Below, piece by piece: positions 38,585 through 48,019 of a stretch of DNA of 64,000 nt. A program made the translations under genes and the position numbers. This DNA comes from a virus. Positions within the stretch are counted from its first letter, which is position 1; every line of letters begins with the position of its first letter. The DNA is taken from the IMG/VR virus record IMGVR_UViG_3300043444_000523, positions 1 through 64,000 of that record; one strand, 5' to 3'. The notes beneath the pieces are model-generated. The model worked only from the letters and a program-made list of their open reading frames with translations. It was not told the DNA's origin and searched no databases.

Positions 38585-39682
38585 TTAGATCGGGCTCAGA
38601 ATGTTCTGAATCAGCCAGCCAGAGGCTGGGGCAGCAAGCACTTCCTGAATTTCTTCCGTGACGTAGCCGCGTGTCATGCGGTTCTCAGGATCATCGAACG
38701 TCTCAAGTTCGATTTCCTTGCCGTAGTAGTACAATTGCAAGGTCGAGAAGTTGGACGAACTTGCCATTCCGTCCAAGCCTCCGATTCGAGATAGAACAAT
38801 GGCCGAACTGTCATCCTTGATAAACCGGCGTCCAGGGACAGCGCCAGTCACCGAGGCCTCAGAACCGATTGCGGCCGATGCGGAATCACGTTCGGTCACA
38901 ATGCTGGCGTCTTCGACCAGAATGTCCCAGCCATAAAGCTGATCCGGCAGACCCCACTGAGAATTCTGCCCAGGCTCACGACCCTTCACCTGTGCCATCG
39001 CAAATGGCGATTCACGCAAGTAATCATGAATTTCAGGAGACCGGCTGACTCGAAGGGCCGCATTCGGGCTCAACATCAAACGCAACAGACCCTTGTTTCG
39101 GAAGTTCACTGCGCCGTTGGTGTACAAGTTGATCCGAGCGCCAACGGTATCCAGCGTGCTCTTGATCGCAAGGTAGTTGCCGCTGCCAGGATCAGACGAG
39201 GACAAATCCCAGAACCCGCGACCGCCGTTCAAAGAGTTGGCCGTCGCCGTGTTATTGCCCCAGCCGCTTGTCGTCTCAAGCAACGTAATTGCTCGCTGAG
39301 TTCTGGCCGTCATAAGTCGGCTTCGTGCTTGCATGGACTCCACATCGAGAACCTTGATGTCGGCTTGTTCGATGAGCTTCCAGTCAAGGACGAACTTCTC
39401 AAATCGCCGTTCGGTCTGGAACTCAACGGTATCGAACTTCGCACCGTTGAAGTCGCCGATGTCTCGGCGCATTCCGCCTTTCCAGACGTTTTCCTTGTCG
39501 TTCACAGAGCGAACGAACGAATCCACGCCGATCCTGTAATAGAGACCGACCGTTTTCTTGGTCTCAATCAGCTGGGCGTAGTCATTCAACAGGAAGTTCT
39601 TGGGGTCGCGGGCAAACATAATTGCTTGCCCGGTCGCTTCTGGAACAAAGGCGTTGAATTCACCGAAAAAGTTCAAGGCCAC
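38585..39682 (-). CDS. Major capsid protein (HK97 fold, gpE/Mu-like)
   Basis: 365 aa; AAGGAG RBS; follows scaffold and cement genes; C-terminal EVLAAPASGWLIQNIL. Confidence 0.8.
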   Translation of the reverse strand: MALNFFGEFNAFVPEATGQAIMFARDPKNFLLNDYAQLIETKKTVGLYYRIGVDSFVRSVNDKENVWKGGMRRDIGDFNGAKFDTVEFQTERRFEKFVLDWKLIEQADIKVLDVESMQARSRLMTARTQRAITLLETTSGWGNNTATANSLNGGRGFWDLSSSDPGSGNYLAIKSTLDTVGARINLYTNGAVNFRNKGLLRLMLSPNAALRVSRSPEIHDYLRESPFAMAQVKGREPGQNSQWGLPDQLYGWDILVEDASIVTERDSASAAIGSEASVTGAVPGRRFIKDDSSAIVLSRIGGLDGMASSSNFSTLQLYYYGKEIELETFDDPENRMTRGYVTEEIQEVLAAPASGWLIQNILSPI

Positions 39683-39715
39683 GGCCTTCTCCTTGCAAAA
39701 TTATTGCAATACCAA

Positions 39716-40105
39716 TTAGACAGATCGTTCAAACGTCTTGACCTGTACACGAATCTGCTGGCCAGACGTTCCGCTGACAATGGCGCGAGCGCCAACGTCA
39801 TCAAGGTCTGTGCTTGAAGTCACGCCCTTGCCGTCTGCGTCAGACTTCAGATAGTCGCCAGCAGTGACGGTCCCGCCAAGCTCAAGCAGGCACTCTTCGT
39901 TTTCGAGGTAAACGCCGACAGGCTCGCCAGCGATTGCCGCGCGGCCAAGAGTTTCCACATACGGAGTCCGGCGAGTATCACGCTGGCTAATTCCGTAAAC
40001 CCGGCCGTTAGCGCCAGATTGCGTAACTTGGCCGCTGTCCGTTGTGTCCTTGATGACAAAACGGCACGGATAAATAGCTGCACTTGCAATTGCCGAAGCA
40101 GGCAT
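39716..40105 (-). CDS. Capsid cement/decoration protein (DUF2190-like)
   Basis: AIYPCRFV, LELGGTVTAGDYLKSDADGKGV, GARA...G.SG..I.V. Confidence 0.75.
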   Translation of the reverse strand: MPASAIASAAIYPCRFVIKDTTDSGQVTQSGANGRVYGISQRDTRRTPYVETLGRAAIAGEPVGVYLENEECLLELGGTVTAGDYLKSDADGKGVTSSTDLDDVGARAIVSGTSGQQIRVQVKTFERSV

Positions 40106-40122
40106 GTTTCTCTCCAGTCAGA

Positions 40123-40926
40123 TCAGCTAACTCGAATCATGTCAAACGTCGTGGCCGCAGTCTTGCGAAGCAAGTATGTGCCGCCAGTGGTCGTTACAGC
40201 GCCAGAACCGATCAGCGTCACATCGGTTCCGCCAGAAAGCGTCGATGTATTCGATGCGTGATTCGCGTAATGGAACACAAGCAAAGAATCCCCAGTTCGC
40301 AATTCTGGGAAGTCGCCAGCAGTCTGAGTCCCTGTGCGAGTCGTCATCGTGACGTTTCCGCCAGATGCGTCCTGGAACAAAACCCGACCGCGAAGATTCG
40401 CTGCCGACACAGTACCAGCGTTCGCAACCGTTTCCTTGGACGTGTAGAACGGCAAGCCCTGGGCAAAAACAGTCGCCGCATACCAAAGAGTAGCCGATGT
40501 CGGGATGAACAAAGCCATCGTTCCGGCTTCCATCGTGAAAGCCGCATCTTCGGCCAATGCGTTGATATTGTCGTTGCCGCCGTTCACCGGATATACAAGC
40601 AACTTCGCAGTAGTATCGTTGATGACCCAGTACGGGCCAACCGTTGTCGCAGCCGCAGGCAACGCAACACCCTTCGCGTTGTCAGCACCAGTAACAACCG
40701 TCACTTGATTCACGATCACAGCGGCATCAGTGGCACTTGAGCCAGCTGCCGCCAGTGTTCCACGCGACAGACCCCACATGCTGCTTGCAGGCATCATGTG
40801 ATTGCCAGACGAGTCCAGCACAACCGCTTTGCTGGCAACGCCAGTACCGGCTGTAGCGCCGTCCAAGACCGCTTCTTCAGTGGTCGTCAGCGTACCGGCA
40901 GAATTAACAGGACGGCCATAGCCCAT
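40123..40926 (-). CDS. Putative head fibre/decoration protein
   Basis: GAGGAG RBS; LDGATAGT..ASKAVVLD, GVALPAA, VYP..G..INA motifs. Confidence 0.6.
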   Translation of the reverse strand: MGYGRPVNSAGTLTTTEEAVLDGATAGTGVASKAVVLDSSGNHMMPASSMWGLSRGTLAAAGSSATDAAVIVNQVTVVTGADNAKGVALPAAATTVGPYWVINDTTAKLLVYPVNGGNDNINALAEDAAFTMEAGTMALFIPTSATLWYAATVFAQGLPFYTSKETVANAGTVSAANLRGRVLFQDASGGNVTMTTRTGTQTAGDFPELRTGDSLLVFHYANHASNTSTLSGGTDVTLIGSGAVTTTGGTYLLRKTAATTFDMIRVS

Positions 40927-40941
40927 GATCCAACTCCTCAA

Positions 40942-40964
40942 AATAGGCGCGAGTCGCGCCTATT
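40942..40964. promoter_or_regulatory. 23-bp palindromic site, copy 7
   Basis: AATAGGCGCGAGTCGCGCCTATT, between a stop codon and the next RBS. Confidence 0.8.
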
Positions 40965-41643
40965 AACGACCCGTGTAAATTGCTGAGACCTTTTCAAGAA
41001 CGCCAGCATTCGTGGCATTGCCTGAATGCAAAATCATCGGCTCGTTCATGCCGTCAAGCGGCCATTCAGTGATCGCAAGACCAGGGATGGTCCCAACAAA
41101 ACCAGCAACGCCTTCGCCAGCGTCGGAACCAAGGTAAGTCGTGATGCTCGCAGGGAGCGTGTATTGCGGATGGGCCAAGTTGTCGTTCGGATTCGTGTCC
41201 GTGATGATCCCGAAGAACCAGAACGGAGCACCCTTCAGAACCGTCGAAGTCGGCACGTTCGTCGTCATCGTGATCGCCAGCGTCGATACGCTGGAAACCG
41301 TGTCGAGAACGTAATTGCCATCGGCAGTCTGGTAAACGCAAAAATCGTTTGCCGCAATCGCGTTGTTCGATGTGTTCACAGTGCCAATCGCACTGTAAGC
41401 GCCAGGGTCTCGCTCAATGTTGATAACGGCTTGAGAAGTCGCAGCCGCAGCAGATGCGAACGTCTTTCCTAATGGCCTCATCACTGTAAGAGTGTGAGCT
41501 GTTGCGCCAGCTGTGTACCAAACGCTCGTCAAACGAGTGAAACTCTTTTCACGAGGCGGCACAAGCCGAGTAATCACCGTGCCTGCGGTTTGGGTCAGTT
41601 TCCCATGCCCAAAAACGCCATGTCCTGGAATCGAAATCATCAC
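40963..41643 (-). CDS. Putative virion structural protein
   Basis: AAGGAG RBS within the head module. Confidence 0.6.
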   Translation of the reverse strand: MMISIPGHGVFGHGKLTQTAGTVITRLVPPREKSFTRLTSVWYTAGATAHTLTVMRPLGKTFASAAAATSQAVINIERDPGAYSAIGTVNTSNNAIAANDFCVYQTADGNYVLDTVSSVSTLAITMTTNVPTSTVLKGAPFWFFGIITDTNPNDNLAHPQYTLPASITTYLGSDAGEGVAGFVGTIPGLAITEWPLDGMNEPMILHSGNATNAGVLEKVSAIYTGR

Positions 41644-41696
41644 TTCTCCTTAGCTGCGTCTGGTGTCGGACAAGCCGATCATGCCGAGCGCACGGG

Positions 41697-42635
41697 CTAA
41701 TTGTTGACGACCACTTCGCCTGTCATCGCGTATTGCTTGCACTGTTCCCAAGTCGCCTTGGGGTTTTTCTTCATGTAATCGCGGGCTTTGTCCAAAGAGT
41801 CCTTGCCGAATGCTTCGCCCTTGCCGCTGTTGACCTTCTGGTCAGTGATCTGGAGGAAGTCGCCAATCGGCGCGCCCTTGGCCGCGTACTGGACTGCTTC
41901 GTCTTTTTCCCAGTAGGCAAGAATCTGAGCTGCTTCTGCTTTGCGAGAGACCTCGTTCATGCCAAGCAACTTCTTCTTGATTTCGGCTTTCTTCTTTGGA
42001 TCGCCGAGTGCTTTGACACCAGCATATTCAAGCTGGTAGATGAGGTTGTCCGTGTCTTTTTCAGCGGCCTTGAGAGTCAGCTTGGCCAACTCCGCGTCTT
42101 TCTTCGTGCGGTCGCTCTTGAGGCTGGCAATCTCTTGCCGAAGCCCACCAATCGCGTTGGCAACCTGCTCAAAGGCCTCAGCATAAGTGATGACCTGATC
42201 GCTGTTTTGCATCGCAAGAGCCTCTTCGGGTTTCTGTTCACCTTCCGGCAGCGGGACTTCTTCAGCACCGCCGCTCATTGCTTCCTGAGTGGCCGCTTCT
42301 TCAGCCGCCTGTGGATCAACAGGCTGCTCTTCTTGACCGCCTTGGTCAGCCATCATGTGTTCGTAGAGTTGTGCCAGACCGTACAGAGTCGGATTGGTCT
42401 GGAGTGCGTATTCAAAGTTGGCCAGCCATTCCGCATGACCAGGAGGTTCTTGCGGACCTTGCTCAGCACCCATGTCCATCTCGGCATCGGGAGTAGCAGC
42501 CTCGCCGCCGCTCTCTTCCTCGCCTTCGTAGGATTCGGATTCGTGGCCTTCACGCTCTTCGCGGTCTTTTTTCTCTTGCTCTTCGTCTCTCTCGTCAGCC
42601 ATGATGGCCCCTTTGGAGACCTTGTTATCGGCCAA
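41697..42635 (-). CDS. Capsid scaffolding protein (alternative start ATG 42602)
   Basis: Acidic disordered N-terminus, coiled coil, C-terminal helix pair; follows the protease gene. Confidence 0.65.
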   Translation of the reverse strand: MADNKVSKGAIMADERDEEQEKKDREEREGHESESYEGEEESGGEAATPDAEMDMGAEQGPQEPPGHAEWLANFEYALQTNPTLYGLAQLYEHMMADQGGQEEQPVDPQAAEEAATQEAMSGGAEEVPLPEGEQKPEEALAMQNSDQVITYAEAFEQVANAIGGLRQEIASLKSDRTKKDAELAKLTLKAAEKDTDNLIYQLEYAGVKALGDPKKKAEIKKKLLGMNEVSRKAEAAQILAYWEKDEAVQYAAKGAPIGDFLQITDQKVNSGKGEAFGKDSLDKARDYMKKNPKATWEQCKQYAMTGEVVVNN

Positions 42636-42843
42636 ACTTCTTTGCGAATGATTTCGCTTTGGCAGCGATTCGCGCCGTCTGATAACTGATAGGCGCAGAC
42701 TGGCTCATGCCATCAAGACAGGTAGATGGGATCGAGTCAGATTGAAACGCTTGATAATCAGGCGGAACCATCTTTGCCACAGGAAGAGGAGGAGCCATCT
42801 TGGCAACAGGCGGCTTTTCAGCCGGAAGAACATCAAGAACTCG

Positions 42844-45800
42844 CTATTGCCGTTGCGGCTTGAATCCATTAGCCGGACTTGACTGCTTCCCTGATTGAGC
42901 AGCAACATTCGGCTTATCGCCAAGAGAATTCCGAATCGCCTTCCTTGCGCCAGCAGCAACAAGAGCGACCAAAATTGACTTTGTTAGAGCCCTTCTCTGT
43001 GTTCCAGGATCGCCAAGCAACAAGTTTCCGAACTTCTTCAACGGCGAGTCTTTGCCAAAGTTGATTAACTTCTTTTGGTCTGGATGAGCCCGCTGAATAA
43101 ACGAAGGCGGGATGTAATCCCCTTCGCCAAACTTCTGCCCCTCAAGCGTGATGCCGCCCTTCGGAGCACGCGGCCCCTTGGCCATGCTCTTCGGCATGTC
43201 CTGCGGAATCCGCATCAGCAACTTCCGGTTCAACTCGTGCAATTCTTCAGGCGTTGCATTCGAGATGAAGTCGCCGACATGGCCAGAGAGAGTCTCATGC
43301 AAGTGCTGCTGCAACTCTTTCTGAACTTCAGGAGGAGCATCGGCAATGAAGTCACTCACAGTTTGCTTGAGTTCAGGATCGAGTCGCTTTGGGACCGATG
43401 GCGATACTCCAAAAGCCTTACCAAGTCGCTTTTTGACACTCTCAGACATCTTCTGCCTAATTGCGCCGCCCATCGTCTTTGGCTGAGTTGGGATCGGCTT
43501 GCGACCGTCGCCCTCTTGGGCCTTCTTGAGTTTGGCCTTCTCTTCAGGAGTCGCCGACTCCAGAACTTCGGACGGAATGAATTGACCGCCGATGTACTTC
43601 TTGCCTTGAAGAGTCACACCACCAACCGGAGCGCGTTCGGCTGCGTAGGGAACCGGCCGTGTCTTTGATTGATCGGTAACTGCACCAAGTCCTGCACCGC
43701 CAGCAGCACCCATCGTCCCGCCAATGGTAGCACCAGCAAGTGAGCCAACTGGACCAAGGATGCTCCCACCCACAGCGCCAGCAGCAGCACCGCCAGCACC
43801 TCCCATTAACCCACCTTTGGCAAGTCCTTTGAAGAAGTAAGGGACTGGAGACTTCTTCCCCTTGTTCTCAACCGGCGTGTCCTTCACACCAGCCGCCTTC
43901 AGTCCCTTCTCTGCGACCCAACCGACTGGGCCAGCCACTTTGCCGCCCATCTTTGAGCCGAGTTTCTCACCGAGGAATCCGCCTGCAATTCCGCCGACTG
44001 TAGAAGTGATCGGGGCCGCTGGTCCTCCGAGCATACCCAAGGTAGCACCAGCTGCGCCACCGCCGATTGCGCCAACAACTCCGCCAGCGTTGTTGTTCAT
44101 CTTGGGCTTCGGGACTTCGTACCGGACTGGATTCTTCTTCCCGGCAGATACAACCGCGCCTTTCATCTTTGGCATGGATTTCACGTTCCTTAGCCACGGA
44201 GGATCAGCGTTCCCTGAATCACCTTGGGCAACAGCTGCAGCAGCCGGAGTCGCAGCCGGTGCAACATCCTTCGGCTTCCTCACATACTTCCTCTTCGGTT
44301 TCGGACTGTCCTGAACAGCAGTTGCAGCCGGAGCCTGTGCCGGATCGGCAACAACCGCTTTCCCAGGTGTTGCATTGGCGTTGATTGAACCAAGCAAATC
44401 GTCTCCGTCCGTGCCAGCTGCTTTCGGAGGAGGAGCACTTCTTCGTCCAGCGCCTGGGGGCGTTGTCTTTGGAGTCGGCTTATTTGCCGTAGGCGGATTG
44501 CCTTTGCCAGCAACTGGAACATCGCCGTAAAGGCCAGCCAAAATGTCTTTGCCAAGCATCTCTGTCGCAGGTTGTCCAGTATTCCCGCCGTTCATCGGAC
44601 CAGGGAAACCTCCCTGTGTTCCTGTCGGCGGAGTAGAAGGCTGACCGGCCAATCGCGCTGGGAATCCAGGCTGAACTCCTCCAGTGTCAGCTGGCAATGC
44701 TTCCATTCCAAGCCTTGACGGGAACCCTGGCTGTGCGCCATTGCTCGCTGCTGGAGTCGGCTTAACTGCCCCAGGAATTACCTTGTTCCTTTCAATCCTC
44801 TTTGCCCTATCTTGTGCCCGCTGAGCCACAGATTGCCTTGCTTGAGAACCCATACCCAACATTGCGCCGCCGCCAATTCCGGTTACACTACCGGCAATAG
44901 CGCCTTGTTTGATTGCCGTTCCAAGCCTTGATCGATACTCTTCGTCGGTCTCTCCAGGCTGTTGCCCATCAGCCATAATTCCGCTGCTGATACCAGTCAG
45001 CGCAGCACCGCTCAGTCCGCCAAGTGCCGATTGCTTCAGCACTTCGCTGGTTCGTGGGCTTTCACGCCGGAATTTCTGAACTGCACGAGACATCCTCTGG
45101 CCAAGTGATCTGTTGACCGGCGCATACTCTGTCGCCTGATTCTGAGTCGGTCCCATAGCTTTCCCGATCTGGTCTGCGGCCACCATAGAGCCGACTTGAG
45201 CGGCCCCTTGTTGGACAGCCGGATTACGAACTGCCTTGCCAGCACCTTTCGCAATCGCACCGCCTGCCTTGGCCAACGCTGCGCCGAAGCTGTACTGCTC
45301 GGCATCTTTGGTTTTCCCAAGTGCAACGTCGAACTTGCCATACTGCACCGGCTTCGCTTGCCCCATGCACATCGACTTCTGATCCGGCGTCATGGACCGA
45401 GCAAACGACGGCGGGATATGATGGCCAGCCTTAAAGTGATGGCCACCAATCTCGATGCCGCCTTTCGGGGCACGAAGAGAAGAGGCGTCGTATTTACCAA
45501 CGGTCTTTCCTGCACCTGGGAAGAGTTCAGCGTTGACTTTTTTCATAAACTCGGCCCCCTCTTTCCCTGTGACAATTCTCGTTCCAACAGGCTTCGAAGG
45601 GCGAATCATAAACCGTTCTCTTGGGGTCAGACCAGCAGTAGTGCCAATTGCCATCCCCCTACTAATCAAGGCAGGCACTTGCTCTTTGCTGAAATTGAGT
45701 TTCTTGGTCAGACTCTTGATGAGTTCTTGATCGCCCTTCTCTGGGTCGATTTTCGTCAATTGATGCGTGATTCTGTCGGCCCGTTCCTTGTTTTTCGACG

Positions 45801-47265
45801 CCCTATCAAACGCAATCTTGGCCAATGTGATCCTTCGGTCTGCCGCCATCCCCTTCATCACGCCAGCGTATTCCTTCGGCCCTGCCGGACTCACTGGCGC
45901 ACCGAAAGACATGCCAGCGTAATTCGCCGGTTGGCCAGATACTATCGAGTCTGCAATCGCGTCGATGTTATTGCCGCCTGTATACTTCGCTGGCTTGCCT
46001 TTGCACGAACTCGTCAATGGCCGATTCTTGGCCGGATCAAATCCAGACACCTCCTTGGTCATTCGGTCAATCTCTGCCTGACGAGCAGCGTTCTTCTGCT
46101 TTTGCATCGCTGCCGGATCAGCAGTTGGCTTGGCCGCAACAGACGTGCCCTTGGATGATTGCAAATCACGCGGCAACGGCTCTTTGAAACTCAAGAAGCC
46201 GCGCTGCGGAACGCCAACAGTCGCACCGGCGTACTTCGTCGGCTTCGTCTTGCCTGCAAACTGCCTTACTTTGGTTTCTTGGTTGTTCGGCAACATCGCC
46301 CGACGCGCCATGATGGCGTCGTTCTTCTGCTGCTTCATCGCCCCACGAACCGCCGCTGCCGGAACTCCTGCTGCCTGAGCAAGAGTCGTCTTCCCAGCCG
46401 CTTGTGCAACCGCATCTGCCTTGGACGGAATCGCCGAGGCTCTTGTATTGGCCAACTTCTGTGCCGCTTCACCAACCGGAGTCTGCCTGAACTGACCTGC
46501 GGCCTCGTGCGCTGCACCGGCCAAGATGCGAACCGGGTTCTGTTTCAACGCTTGCCCGGTTCGCTTCAGCCGCTCCAGTTTGGCTTGTGCTTTTAGGCCA
46601 GGGGATACGTATTGTTGCGCCTCGTACATCGCCACATAGTTCGGCGGGATCGGCTGGCCGGATTTGAACCTGTATCCGCCGATTTGGATGCCGCCTTGGG
46701 GGGCAACGCATCGTTTGCCGACAGTTTTCTTCTCCATGGCGCGAACGATGCTCGAATACGGCATCGAATTGGCCTGATACGACACGATGCCCATCGGCAG
46801 GAACGGGTCGCGCTTCAAAAGCGCAACGCCAGTGACCTTGTTCGAGTTCGGATAGAAGTCAACACTGCGGAACGGGTATTTTTTCGTGTCTTCCCAGTGT
46901 TCTTTGTCGTAGTACAACGTGGCCAAGACTGCCGGAGTACCCTTTGGCCCGAATGTGCCAACTTTCGCATTGCGAGCAACGCCAACAATGTCAGGCTGGA
47001 GCTTTTCAGGGTACGAAGGGTCGCTTTGTTGCCGATGGCCGATGGTCATGATCGGCGGAACGCCGTATTCGGCCTCTCGCACATTGATCTGGTCCGCAAT
47101 GAGCGGCAAATCCTGCGCAGTGACCACTATGTCAACTTCTTCCCCGTTTGGCCCTCGCGTTTTCCGCGTGTGCGGCACGAAGATCGGCACATTCTCCACT
47201 CGAATGTACCGATTCGGGTCATTGATCTTGGCCAGGAAGTCGAGAGTTGGGTCGTTGGTTGCCAT
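42844..47265 (-). CDS. Mu-like prohead protease fused to a ~1300-aa multi-module extension
   Basis: N-terminal NVPIF...TIGH...YPFRSVDF...GVALL; start placed at MATND (47265) after the CCCTATAA motif. Confidence 0.75.
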   Translation of the reverse strand: MATNDPTLDFLAKINDPNRYIRVENVPIFVPHTRKTRGPNGEEVDIVVTAQDLPLIADQINVREAEYGVPPIMTIGHRQQSDPSYPEKLQPDIVGVARNAKVGTFGPKGTPAVLATLYYDKEHWEDTKKYPFRSVDFYPNSNKVTGVALLKRDPFLPMGIVSYQANSMPYSSIVRAMEKKTVGKRCVAPQGGIQIGGYRFKSGQPIPPNYVAMYEAQQYVSPGLKAQAKLERLKRTGQALKQNPVRILAGAAHEAAGQFRQTPVGEAAQKLANTRASAIPSKADAVAQAAGKTTLAQAAGVPAAAVRGAMKQQKNDAIMARRAMLPNNQETKVRQFAGKTKPTKYAGATVGVPQRGFLSFKEPLPRDLQSSKGTSVAAKPTADPAAMQKQKNAARQAEIDRMTKEVSGFDPAKNRPLTSSCKGKPAKYTGGNNIDAIADSIVSGQPANYAGMSFGAPVSPAGPKEYAGVMKGMAADRRITLAKIAFDRASKNKERADRITHQLTKIDPEKGDQELIKSLTKKLNFSKEQVPALISRGMAIGTTAGLTPRERFMIRPSKPVGTRIVTGKEGAEFMKKVNAELFPGAGKTVGKYDASSLRAPKGGIEIGGHHFKAGHHIPPSFARSMTPDQKSMCMGQAKPVQYGKFDVALGKTKDAEQYSFGAALAKAGGAIAKGAGKAVRNPAVQQGAAQVGSMVAADQIGKAMGPTQNQATEYAPVNRSLGQRMSRAVQKFRRESPRTSEVLKQSALGGLSGAALTGISSGIMADGQQPGETDEEYRSRLGTAIKQGAIAGSVTGIGGGAMLGMGSQARQSVAQRAQDRAKRIERNKVIPGAVKPTPAASNGAQPGFPSRLGMEALPADTGGVQPGFPARLAGQPSTPPTGTQGGFPGPMNGGNTGQPATEMLGKDILAGLYGDVPVAGKGNPPTANKPTPKTTPPGAGRRSAPPPKAAGTDGDDLLGSINANATPGKAVVADPAQAPAATAVQDSPKPKRKYVRKPKDVAPAATPAAAAVAQGDSGNADPPWLRNVKSMPKMKGAVVSAGKKNPVRYEVPKPKMNNNAGGVVGAIGGGAAGATLGMLGGPAAPITSTVGGIAGGFLGEKLGSKMGGKVAGPVGWVAEKGLKAAGVKDTPVENKGKKSPVPYFFKGLAKGGLMGGAGGAAAGAVGGSILGPVGSLAGATIGGTMGAAGGAGLGAVTDQSKTRPVPYAAERAPVGGVTLQGKKYIGGQFIPSEVLESATPEEKAKLKKAQEGDGRKPIPTQPKTMGGAIRQKMSESVKKRLGKAFGVSPSVPKRLDPELKQTVSDFIADAPPEVQKELQQHLHETLSGHVGDFISNATPEELHELNRKLLMRIPQDMPKSMAKGPRAPKGGITLEGQKFGEGDYIPPSFIQRAHPDQKKLINFGKDSPLKKFGNLLLGDPGTQRRALTKSILVALVAAGARKAIRNSLGDKPNVAAQSGKQSSPANGFKPQRQ

Positions 47266-47270
47266 ATCCT

Positions 47271-47278
47271 TTATAGGG
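47271..47278 (-). promoter_or_regulatory. CCCTATAA late-promoter motif, 5 nt before ATG
   Basis: CCCTATAA-AGGAT-ATG. Confidence 0.65.
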
Positions 47279-47313
47279 GGATGCAATATGGCAACCGAAC
47301 GACGGATGATGTG

Positions 47314-48018
47314 CTATTTAAGAGGTTTGGCCCCTTCGATGTCGTCGATATGTCCGCCCGGCAGCTTTTTACCAGCGTATCCAACTGGCTTTGTCTCTTC
47401 TTCGTCAGGCAGCGAATCCATCACATATGCCGGTAGCTCTACAATGTCGTGATTGCGAGCCTTCCTGATCCGATGCCGACCATCAATGATCTTTGTGACG
47501 CCATCCTTGTGCCAAATGAGAAGAGGATGCGACAAATCGCATTCTTCTGCCCTCTCCACAAACGCCGGTGAACGGTCATGTTCGTCCGATTCCGAGTCCT
47601 GCATGAGTTTTGACAACTCATCGACTGGCACAAACATCAACTTGGCCGACTCTTTCGCAAATTCGGCCAATTCGGGGATTCGATACTCCTTGCCACCCTC
47701 TTCTAACGACCACGTTTGGCCCCAGAACGGCTCTTTCTTGCCAACCACCGTGACCGCGTGCTCTTCAGAAGGATCGTCTTCAGTCGGCCTCTTGTGCTCC
47801 TCGACAATCAATGCCCCATCATCGCCGATATAAACGACCGGATTTTCGTCGTCTTGATTTTCTACAGGCGCATCTTCTTGTGTGGACTCATCTTGTGGAC
47901 TAATCGGCGCAATTTGCGCCGATTCTTCTGGGTTGTATTCGTCGTCTTCGATAAGCAAATCCAATACAAATCCATTTGCATGAATGTGCCCTGAGAAAAT
48001 CTCTTCCAGTTCAGGCAT
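47314..48018 (-). CDS. Acidic protein with a C-terminal ParB/Srx-like domain
   Basis: DLSHPLLI......IIDGRHRIRKA.....ELPAYV. Confidence 0.7.
   Translation of the reverse strand: MPELEEIFSGHIHANGFVLDLLIEDDEYNPEESAQIAPISPQDESTQEDAPVENQDDENPVVYIGDDGALIVEEHKRPTEDDPSEEHAVTVVGKKEPFWGQTWSLEEGGKEYRIPELAEFAKESAKLMFVPVDELSKLMQDSESDEHDRSPAFVERAEECDLSHPLLIWHKDGVTKIIDGRHRIRKARNHDIVELPAYVMDSLPDEEETKPVGYAGKKLPGGHIDDIEGAKPLK
47902..47924. promoter_or_regulatory. 23-bp palindromic site, copy 8, in CDS (SAQIAPI)
   Basis: AATCGGCGCAATTTGCGCCGATT, a perfect palindrome variant. Confidence 0.7.
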
Positions 48019-48019
48019 G

